Assembly: GCA_040753175.1 (NCBI GenBank)
Contig: JBFMEW010000016.1
Coordinates: 27,732-91,731 of the forward strand
Source of the DNA: Acidobacteriota bacterium
Lineage (GTDB): Bacteria > Acidobacteriota > Terriglobia > Versatilivoradales > Versatilivoraceae
Length of the DNA stretch: 64,000 nt
Direction: 5' to 3'
Both the position numbers and the translations under genes were made by a program. Numbering within the stretch: position 1 is the first letter of the stretch; every line of letters begins with the position of its first letter. Below are positions 19,368-26,708 of the stretch, in pieces. The notes below the pieces were generated by a model. That model was not told where the DNA came from and made no database searches. It saw only the letters and a list, made by a program, of their open reading frames with translations.

Positions 19368-20465
19368 CTATCGAGCGAACCCGGTCGTCGAGAACCAGTG
19401 CCGGGTTCGGTTACAGATCGAACAAACCGACAACATGACCGGCACCTCGATTAAAACGCCAACGACCGTTGCCAGGGCTGCTCCCGAGCCTGGCCCGAAT
19501 AGGGAAATGGCGGTGGCCACCGCCAGCTCAAAGAAGTTGCTGGCCCCGATCAGCGCGCCCGGCGCCGCCACCGCATAGGGCACTTTGAACCAATGCATCA
19601 GAAAGTAGGTGAGCGACGAGTTGAAATAAACCTGGATCAGGATGGGAATTGCTATGAACAGGACATGAACCGACTTACTGGTGAGGTTATCCGCTTGGAA
19701 CCCGAAGATCAGGACCAAAGTTGCCAGCAAAGCCAGCATGCTGGCAGGTGCAAACCGGGGCAACAGCACCTCCTCAAACCATGTGGCCCCGCGCTTTCGA
19801 ATGAACCAAGATCTTAAGGCGATGCCGATCGCCAGGGGAATAACGATGAAGACAATCACCGAGTAGAGCAGTACCTGAAAGGGCACTTCCAGTGAGGAGG
19901 CGCCGCTCACCAGGAACCGGACGATGGGCGCAAAGAGGAAGAGCATGATCAAGTCATTGAGGGACACCTGCACCAAAGTATAGGCAGGGTCGCCGTGCGT
20001 GAGATAGCTCCAGACAAAGACCATCGCGGTACAAGGCGCGGCGGCCAGGATGATGCATCCGGCAATGTATTGGTCGGCATCCGAAGTGGGGATCCAGGTA
20101 GAAGATACCCAACGGAAGAAAATCCAGGCAATGAGCGCCATGGAAAACGGTTTCACCAGCCAGTTTACAAAGAGCGTCACCAACAGCCCGCGCGGACGCT
20201 GGCCTACATTTCGAATCGTGGCAAAGTCGACCTTCATCATCATAGGAATGATCATCAACCAAATCAGGACAGCGATGGGACCGTTGATCTGGCTTCCTTT
20301 GCCGAACTCCAGGCGTCTGAGGCCGTCCACAGCCCCAGGCAACATTTTGCCGATCAGGACACCCACCACCATGCAGGCTCCGACCCAGAGGCTAAGGTAG
20401 CGTTCAAATGGGTTTAAGCGCCTGGTCGATTCCTCAGCTTCGAGCAAACCAGATTTCAGATTCAT
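19368..20465 (-). CDS. acr3: Arsenite efflux permease, ACR3 family
   Basis: N-terminus LNPFERYLSLWVGACMVVGVLIG and about 10 TM helices typical of ACR3. Its ATG overlaps the arsA stop as ATGA. Confidence 0.88.
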   Translation of the reverse strand: MNLKSGLLEAEESTRRLNPFERYLSLWVGACMVVGVLIGKMLPGAVDGLRRLEFGKGSQINGPIAVLIWLMIIPMMMKVDFATIRNVGQRPRGLLVTLFVNWLVKPFSMALIAWIFFRWVSSTWIPTSDADQYIAGCIILAAAPCTAMVFVWSYLTHGDPAYTLVQVSLNDLIMLFLFAPIVRFLVSGASSLEVPFQVLLYSVIVFIVIPLAIGIALRSWFIRKRGATWFEEVLLPRFAPASMLALLATLVLIFGFQADNLTSKSVHVLFIAIPILIQVYFNSSLTYFLMHWFKVPYAVAAPGALIGASNFFELAVATAISLFGPGSGAALATVVGVLIEVPVMLSVCSICNRTRHWFSTTGFAR

Positions 20466-22249
20466 TTCAGCTCCACTGAGTGTTTTACGAGTTCCCGCAA
20501 GCGTACCGGCCCCTTCGGCACTTGCGCCTTCCAGGAAATCAAAGCCACGTGCTGTGCCAGCTGCTGGTGTACTTCCGACAGGTAAGGCAGCTCCCGGAGG
20601 CCGCGCTCGACCAGGACCGGGTCGTGAAAGCGGCTTCCAGAGAAGCTCTGGTTTACGACCCAGGCAAAGGGCTCAATGCCGGCTCGGCGCAGGTCATCCT
20701 GCAAGCGGGCAGCCTCATGAACCGCGGTGGCTTCCGGCAATGTCACCATCAGGACTCGTGTGAATTCCGGGTCGCGCAGTCTTGGCAGCAGCCGTCGCAC
20801 AGCCTCAGGTCCGCTGCCCAGCGTGCGCGACACTTCACGGTGGTAAGCTTCCGCTGCGTCCAGCAGAAGAAGAGTGTGCCCGGTAGGGGCGGTATCGAGG
20901 ACCACAAAACCATTTTCCCCCTCCGCCACCGTGCTGGCAAAAGCCCGAAACACGGCAATCTCTTCAGTGCAGGGAGAACGCAGGTCCTCCTCAAGCAGCG
21001 CGCGGCCCTGGGCGTCGAGGCCGGCCCCCGCGCCGGCGAGGACTTCTTCTGAGTACGTCCGCACTTCGGCTATTGGATCGATGCGGCTGACCCGCAAGCT
21101 TGGAATCTCACCATCCAGGGCAGCGGTGAGGTGGGCGGCCGGATCGGTCGTGCTGAGGTGAACCCGGTGTCCACGATAAGCCAGTTCGGCAGCTATGGCC
21201 GCGGCCACGGTAGTTTTTCCCACACCGCCCTTGCCCATCGTCATGACCACACCTCGTCCAGCGCTCTCGATCTTGTCAACCAATGCGGACAAAGAAGAGC
21301 CGAAACCGCCGTGGCGTTGCTCCCCGAGGGCGCTGCCGGCAGGCACTGCCGGCCGGCTTGGGTCAAAGACGTGCCGGAGAGCGGGCACGCCAATTGGGGC
21401 AAACGCCAACAAGGGCACTTCGATGCGTGGCAGTGCCGCCAACTCCTCTGGCATTGCCGCCAGGGCCTGCCTCCCTCTGGCCTCCAGCGCCGTCGCGGCC
21501 TGGTCTCCAGGAGTGCTTGCAACGAAGACTCCGTTCACCACCAGTACCTGGCGGGCAATCCCCATTGCTCGAAGCTCACGGCGCGTGCGTTCGGCCTCCG
21601 TCAAGGCCGATGGCTCGGGTCGAGCCACCAAAATCAGCGTTGTTGTTGAGGGGTCGGTTAGAGCATTGAGGCTGGCCTCGTACAGCGATCTCTGGTTCTG
21701 AAGGCCGGACAAGGGGCCCAGGCACGAAGTTCCAGTGATGCTCGACGCCATAAACCCCGTCCACGCAGCCGGCAGTTTCAACAGTCGCAGCGTGTGACCC
21801 GTGGGCGCGGTATCGAACAACACATGATCGTAGCCATCTGTGGCTGCGGGGTCCGCCAGCAAACGGGTGAACTGATCAAAGGCCGCAATCTCCACGGTAC
21901 AAGCGCCTGACAGTTGCTCTTCCATGCTGACAATGGCATCCTCGGGCAGGACTCCCCGAAACGGGCCGACCAGGTTCTCACGATAGTTTTGCGCTGCCTC
22001 GTCGGGATCGATATTGAGCGCAAACAGTCCCGAGGCGCCGCCAACGGCGGTGGGTGTGGAGCCCAGATGCGTTCCGAGCACCTCATCCAGATTGGAGGCG
22101 GGATCGGTGCTCACCAGTAAAACGCGCTTGCCTCTGTCCGCAAGCGCCAGCGCCGTGGCACACGCCAGAGAGGTTTTTCCCACACCGCCTTTGCCCGTAA
22201 AAAAGAGAACACGTGTGGCTTCATTGACGATGTCGGCGGTGCGGCTCAT
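20462..22249 (-). CDS. arsA: Arsenite-transporting ATPase ArsA (two-domain)
   Basis: Two P-loops (GKGGVGKTS, GKGGVGKTT) and two DTAPTGHTL signal-transduction motifs. ATG at 22249 overlaps the arsD stop as ATGA. The ORF-track GTG at 22258 is less likely. Confidence 0.93.
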   Translation of the reverse strand: MSRTADIVNEATRVLFFTGKGGVGKTSLACATALALADRGKRVLLVSTDPASNLDEVLGTHLGSTPTAVGGASGLFALNIDPDEAAQNYRENLVGPFRGVLPEDAIVSMEEQLSGACTVEIAAFDQFTRLLADPAATDGYDHVLFDTAPTGHTLRLLKLPAAWTGFMASSITGTSCLGPLSGLQNQRSLYEASLNALTDPSTTTLILVARPEPSALTEAERTRRELRAMGIARQVLVVNGVFVASTPGDQAATALEARGRQALAAMPEELAALPRIEVPLLAFAPIGVPALRHVFDPSRPAVPAGSALGEQRHGGFGSSLSALVDKIESAGRGVVMTMGKGGVGKTTVAAAIAAELAYRGHRVHLSTTDPAAHLTAALDGEIPSLRVSRIDPIAEVRTYSEEVLAGAGAGLDAQGRALLEEDLRSPCTEEIAVFRAFASTVAEGENGFVVLDTAPTGHTLLLLDAAEAYHREVSRTLGSGPEAVRRLLPRLRDPEFTRVLMVTLPEATAVHEAARLQDDLRRAGIEPFAWVVNQSFSGSRFHDPVLVERGLRELPYLSEVHQQLAQHVALISWKAQVPKGPVRLRELVKHSVELK

Positions 22250-22851
22250 TCGCAGCACTCCTTCTCAGCCGCGCAGTCGTTTCCCTGCAGGATCAAAAGG
22301 CTTGCGGCCTCTTGTTCCTTGCTTTGAAGGTAACGGTCGGCCAGTTCCAGGATGGAGCGTGCCGGTGTCTCCTTGACGTTTCGTGCTGTCTTCACCGCAC
22401 GCGCAATGTCTTCGAGTGATATGCCCAACTGGCGTGCCTTGTCGAAGTGATAGCGGAAACAGGGCTCGCAGTGCGAAGCGATAGCTGCACCTATGGCCAC
22501 CAATTCGGTGACCGTTTCAGTGTAGAGAGTGGGTGGCTCGCTGCCAGGGAGGCCGGTCAGCTGAGACAGCTCCTCGCGCGTGGGGTATCTCGTTCGAACT
22601 CGCGGCTGGCCGTCGACAAGGATCAACGGGAGCACGGAAACCCCTTCTTCCGCCAGAGCCGATTTGACCACTGGGTTGGCCGCAAAAGCGTGGGGCTGCT
22701 GAGAAAGGTTATACCTTTCGACCTTGATCCCGCAATCGACGAGCCACTGCAAATCGGCAGCAAAGCGGGACAGTACCGGATCTACGGCTGGACCGCATAC
22801 CCCGCTGGAACAGCACATAGGGGGATCAAAGACCTCCACTTTCTTTGTCAT
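22246..22851 (-). CDS. arsD: ArsD metallochaperone fused to an AhpD/carboxymuconolactone-decarboxylase-like CxxC domain
   Basis: The N-terminal roughly 105 aa read VEVFDPPMCCSSGVCGP..DLQWL..ERYNLSQQP, which resembles E. coli ArsD including the Cys12/13/18 equivalents. The C-terminal ELVAIGAAIASHCEPCFRYHFDKARQLGISLEDI matches the AhpD-like core. The tail ends CAAEKECCE. ATG at 22851 lies 9 nt after GGAAGG. Confidence 0.8.
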   Translation of the reverse strand: MTKKVEVFDPPMCCSSGVCGPAVDPVLSRFAADLQWLVDCGIKVERYNLSQQPHAFAANPVVKSALAEEGVSVLPLILVDGQPRVRTRYPTREELSQLTGLPGSEPPTLYTETVTELVAIGAAIASHCEPCFRYHFDKARQLGISLEDIARAVKTARNVKETPARSILELADRYLQSKEQEAASLLILQGNDCAAEKECCE

Positions 22852-22992
22852 CGGATTCATCCTTCCGGTTTTGACGGACAAGCGACAAGCCTCTAAGATT
22901 CGAACGTCCGGCTACCGACCAGACGGTCGGGTGCGGAAAAACAGCGCGTTCATCCCGGGAGTGAGGCGATCGAATGGAGCGCTATTGAGTTT

Positions 22993-23250
22993 TTAAGGGA
23001 ATACCGCGAAGTTGCGAACGGCCAGCTCCATCGTGATCTTACCCTGCGACAGCTTGAAACAACTTTCGAACTCCGGGCAGCCGGTGCACTCGTCCCACTG
23101 CCTTAAATCCATCCCAACTTCGCGCCGAGTGACGGCCATTCCAGGCCGTTCCAGCCGCAGGCTGAAGACTTTGCCCTTGTGGGTGACGTTTGACTCGCCG
23201 CTTTCAATTGATGGGAAGAGCTTGCCGTAACATTCCTGATGCTTTTCCAT
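22993..23250 (-). CDS. Small Cys-rich hypothetical protein, first gene of the ars operon
   Basis: 85-aa ORF beginning MEKHQECYGKLFP, preceded by AAGGGGGG. It has four Cys, at C7 and in DECTGCPEFESC. It sits between the AT-rich promoter-like region and arsD. I recognise no family. Confidence 0.55.
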   Translation of the reverse strand: MEKHQECYGKLFPSIESGESNVTHKGKVFSLRLERPGMAVTRREVGMDLRQWDECTGCPEFESCFKLSQGKITMELAVRNFAVFP

Positions 23251-23279
23251 GAGCGATCCCCCCTTTTTGGGTCTTCCAT

Positions 23280-23340
23280 CGACGTTGGGCCATGCTACGT
23301 CATATCTTAATATGGATATAGGCATATACATTTCCATTCC
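23280..23340 (-). promoter_or_regulatory. AT-rich promoter/operator candidate for the small ORF-arsD-arsA-acr3 unit
   Basis: An AT-rich island in a GC-rich genome, 50-90 nt upstream of the start at 23250. It holds an imperfect dyad ATATC-N8-GATAT (23302-23319) and repeated CATAT units. Confidence 0.4.
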
Positions 23341-23583
23341 GGTCGACCGTGGGGGCATGGGTTTATCGTCCTGGGAGCTTCGGTCAGGCGGGTCATATCG
23401 CCCGCCAGTGGGCAAAATTCACCGACCTTGGTCGAGCGCCATGCTTGGCTTTCGCCGCCTGAGAGCCTCGGGTTGAATCAGTGGTGATCCGTCTTAGTGA
23501 GAGACCGTACCAGGTTTTCCCAGGGATGAAGGATCTGTTGCGGGGGTGCCTGCAAGATCGTACCGCTCCCCGGTTAGAACAAG

Positions 23584-23988
23584 TCACTCGGCGGAAGAGG
23601 AGGACAGGGTTGCGGAATGACTGGCTTTTGGAAAAGCGCGTGACTGAACGATCTGACAGTCGCCGTCTTTGACGGCTTCTCGCAGTGTCATCAGGTCTCG
23701 GCCAAAAGTCTTCTCCTTGCGAAAGACGTCTTTGAGAAACTGGACCAAAATTTGATTGATTGGTGATTCTTGGGCAAGGAGCCTGTAAAAGATGCGATAG
23801 CCATCCCGGCGATCTGAGACCAGCCCGGCAGTCTTGAGGTAGGACAAATGTCGGGACACCAGTGGCTGGGACATGTCAAGAACGTGCTGGATGTCGCAAA
23901 CACACAACTCGCCATAGAACAACAGATTAAGAATCCGCAACCGTGTTGGATCACTCAGGGATCTGAGTTTCTTGACCAGGTCTTTCAT
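23584..23988 (-). CDS. arsR: ArsR/SmtB family metalloregulator
   Basis: LSDPTRLRILNLL helix, ELCVCDI metalloid-binding motif and SQPLVSRHLSYLKTAGLV recognition helix. ATG at 23988 lies 8 nt after GGGAGG. The longer ORF-track start at 24018 has no SD. Confidence 0.88.
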   Translation of the reverse strand: MKDLVKKLRSLSDPTRLRILNLLFYGELCVCDIQHVLDMSQPLVSRHLSYLKTAGLVSDRRDGYRIFYRLLAQESPINQILVQFLKDVFRKEKTFGRDLMTLREAVKDGDCQIVQSRAFPKASHSATLSSSSAE

Positions 23989-24181
23989 TCCGCGGGCCTC
24001 CCGTACCTCGTCAGCCATTCATGGTCGTATTATACATGGGCCCTCCCCGAGTCGGTCATCGTTCATCTGCTCATTACCGGACTCGGGTCTTCGTACCGGC
24101 CCGGCAGCCAGCAAGGGTGGGGGCGACCGGGCGTAAAAGGGGAGCCACTTTGGCTGTTGACGCACATCGAGTGAAATAGTA

Positions 24182-24191
24182 TATTCGAATA
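24182..24191. promoter_or_regulatory. Perfect 10-bp palindrome TATTCGAATA in an AT-rich stretch
   Basis: Read directly from the sequence. It lies between arsR (minus strand) and ORF 24230 (plus strand) and could be an operator for either. No functional evidence. Confidence 0.25.
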
Positions 24192-24229
24192 GACACATAA
24201 ACAAATGACCTTCAGGCGGCCGATCGGCG

Positions 24230-24631
24230 ATGAGACCATTCTTCTATTCAACTTCGGATTGGACCCACCAAGAAAGCCTGATCGTGCTGGTTGTGATGGT
24301 CATAGGATGCGCGGGCTGCGATACTTCATACGTCCGACCCTGCCGGACCGATTTGAGGCCGGAGGCAGCTAGACTGATTTCAGACAGGTATGGAGCGCAC
24401 GTGATCCCCCGGCTTTCTCAGTTTGGACCGATGGGACCGCTACGGTCGCGGTTTGGAGGGTTCGTACCTTCCTATTGTGAACTCGATGTCAACGGAGATA
24501 ACTACGGCGACTTCGTATCGCTTGCCTTCGTTTCAGGGGAAGTCTTAGCTGTTATCGACCTGCGCAGTTCAGAAGGCGGCTTCAAATTGGAGGAAATTTG
24601 TAGAGGATTTCCCGTGAGCAGAAAAAAATGA
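24230..24631 (+). CDS. Hypothetical protein, possible lipoprotein
   Basis: 133-aa ORF in a lower-GC stretch (about 48% on one counted line). It has a lipobox-like LVVMVIGCAGC, no SD and no recognisable domain. Confidence 0.3.
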   Translation: MRPFFYSTSDWTHQESLIVLVVMVIGCAGCDTSYVRPCRTDLRPEAARLISDRYGAHVIPRLSQFGPMGPLRSRFGGFVPSYCELDVNGDNYGDFVSLAFVSGEVLAVIDLRSSEGGFKLEEICRGFPVSRKK

Positions 24632-24984
24632 AGCATATCTTTTGACCGCCCTTGCAGGCAGGCACTACAAATGGGATGCCACACCTATCGACCTGCCTGG
24701 GACGGGTTTTTATCTTGGGACGCTACAGCCTGAATTCTTGTTCTATTGGAACGGCACGGGCCTAAAGCGGCTGATCAGCCGGGATTGATGTTGCGCCAGC
24801 TACCTGCGTTTTGGGTGTCACGGTTCTGGTCGAGATTGGGGCTGACCTAATTAGGTGATCGAGCTCCAACGGAGGCTGTGTTAGCGGATCCGGCAACGGC
24901 GTGGGAAGCCAGTCGTCTCCACCGCAAGGATCAGAGACGAAACCAAAGGTAACAACGCACCTTTCTTCGGGAGGCCCGGGTGAT

Positions 24985-25407
24985 ATGAACAAACCAGATC
25001 GTGAACCCAGACGACTCCTCTTTGTCTGTGTTGAGAACTCGAACCGCAGCCAAATGGCTGAAGCCTTCGCAAGAATCCACGGAGGGCCGGAAGTCGAAGC
25101 CTACAGCGCCGGTTCTCGGCCCTCAGGACAAGTTAATCCCAAAGCTGTGGAGGCCATGCGCGAGCTCGACTATGATCTGTCGTGCCATCGGTCGAAGTCG
25201 CTCAAGGAAATTCCAAACGTCGAATACGATTTCGCCATCACCATGGGCTGCGGTGACGAGTGCCCCTACGTTCGGGCCAAGACCCGCCTGGAGTGGAACA
25301 TTCCCGATCCCAAAGGGATGCTGCCCGGGCAGTTTAATCGGATCCGGGATTTAATCGAATCCAGGGTGGTCGAACTGTTGGCAACGCTGGAATCCGTGAA
25401 GCGATGA
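24985..25407 (+). CDS. arsC: Arsenate reductase, LMW-PTP (thioredoxin-coupled type) family
   Basis: CX5R P-loop in LLFVCVENSNRSQMAE and a downstream Cys pair in ITMGCGDECPY. ATG at 24985 is preceded by GGGAGG. Confidence 0.88.
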   Translation: MNKPDREPRRLLFVCVENSNRSQMAEAFARIHGGPEVEAYSAGSRPSGQVNPKAVEAMRELDYDLSCHRSKSLKEIPNVEYDFAITMGCGDECPYVRAKTRLEWNIPDPKGMLPGQFNRIRDLIESRVVELLATLESVKR

Positions 25408-25585
25408 TGGAAGAGAGATGTTTCCCCTGGGTTGCAACCACATCGCAGCGCGCCTAACGCTGCTCGCGATCAGTTCGATTGCGAGGCACTCCTGTGAGCG
25501 GCTTATGGGGGCACACCCTTAGTTGGAAAGGGAACTGCCTGAAGGGAGCCTTGAATCAGGAAGCGCCGGGACGAATCCGGAGGAC

Positions 25586-26698
25586 TCACTTGGTCGTGAT
25601 CCTGGTTCCAGGGCGGACTTCGTCGGTGGCGCGTTGAAGAATCTTGTCGCCCGGCTTGAGTTCGGAGAAGACCTCCACCAGGCTACCGTCGCTTGAGCCC
25701 CGTCGTACCGCCACCCACTCGGCTGTCCCGTTCGTGACGCGAATCACGAAAGTCTGCTCGGTGGTGGCTTTGATGGCCGATGCCGGCACCAAGAGACTGT
25801 TGCGTCTCGATCCCTTGGGCCAGACGACCTCGGCATACATGCCGGGAGCGAGGCGGGTTCCCGGATTCGCGACGTCCAGCTCAACCGGCATGGTTCGTGT
25901 CTTGGGATCGAGAGAAAGGGCGGGCCGCGCGACCACTCCGGAAAATTGCTCGCCGGGATAAGCCGAAACGGTGAAGGCGAGTTTCACTCCCCGGCGGATC
26001 TCACCTGCCAGAGACTCCGGCACAGCCACCACCAGCCGCAAACGACCGATCTGCTCCAGCCGGAACAGCGGCAAGGCCCCTTTGCTGGCAGGCCCGACCA
26101 GGCTGCCCTCATGGACCAGACGTTCGGTCACCACACCGTCGAAATCCGCCGTGATCTTCAAATACCCCATCATCTTTTCCGCAGCCGCCAGGTTTGCGCG
26201 AGCGGCTTCGACACTCTTGTCCAGGGAAACCACCCGAGCACGCTCCGCCTCCAAGGCTTTTTCGGCCTGCACCAGCTCATTGCCGGCCACGGCGCCCGGC
26301 GTTTGGGCCGCTTCTCCGAGCCGTTCGAAGGTGGCCTCCAAAGCGGCCCGTTTGGCCTCGGCCTCCGCCCGCTGGGCCTCGGCTACCGCCACCCGGGCAT
26401 GAGCTTCGGCAATCTGCGCCTGCATCTCCGGTGCCGTAAGGGTTGCCAGCATTTCTCCCTTGCGGGTTCTCGATCCGCGGTCCACCCGCACGGATTCCAC
26501 AAATCCGGAGACTCGGGCGAAGGTCTCAACTGTCCGGTAAGCCCGAAGTTCACCCGGCAACACGGTGGATCCTCCTAGAGGCCTTGAGATCACTTCGACA
26601 AGCTTGGCGGAAATCGTGGCCGCATCCTCGGCGCCAACTCCCAACGGCCAGAGTATAAGAAGGCTGAAGACCGGCAGCGTCCTCTTCCAGGTTTTCAT
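25586..26698 (-). CDS. RND efflux periplasmic adaptor (membrane fusion protein)
   Basis: Signal peptide MKTWKRTLPVFSLLILWPLGVGA, a long Ala/Glu-rich coiled-coil hairpin, and a beta-barrel C-terminus. ATG at 26698 is preceded by AAGGAG, just after the RND pump stop. Confidence 0.88.
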   Translation of the reverse strand: MKTWKRTLPVFSLLILWPLGVGAEDAATISAKLVEVISRPLGGSTVLPGELRAYRTVETFARVSGFVESVRVDRGSRTRKGEMLATLTAPEMQAQIAEAHARVAVAEAQRAEAEAKRAALEATFERLGEAAQTPGAVAGNELVQAEKALEAERARVVSLDKSVEAARANLAAAEKMMGYLKITADFDGVVTERLVHEGSLVGPASKGALPLFRLEQIGRLRLVVAVPESLAGEIRRGVKLAFTVSAYPGEQFSGVVARPALSLDPKTRTMPVELDVANPGTRLAPGMYAEVVWPKGSRRNSLLVPASAIKATTEQTFVIRVTNGTAEWVAVRRGSSDGSLVEVFSELKPGDKILQRATDEVRPGTRITTK

Positions 26699-26708
26699 GG
26701 TTGACTCC

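Noticed and set aside
25463-25485. CTCGC-GATCAGTTCGATT-GCGAG downstream of arsC looks tRNA T-arm-like and could be an integration-site remnant at the island border.
   Set aside because: The loop is 13 nt rather than 7 nt. There is no acceptor or anticodon arm, and no matching repeat at the other island border.
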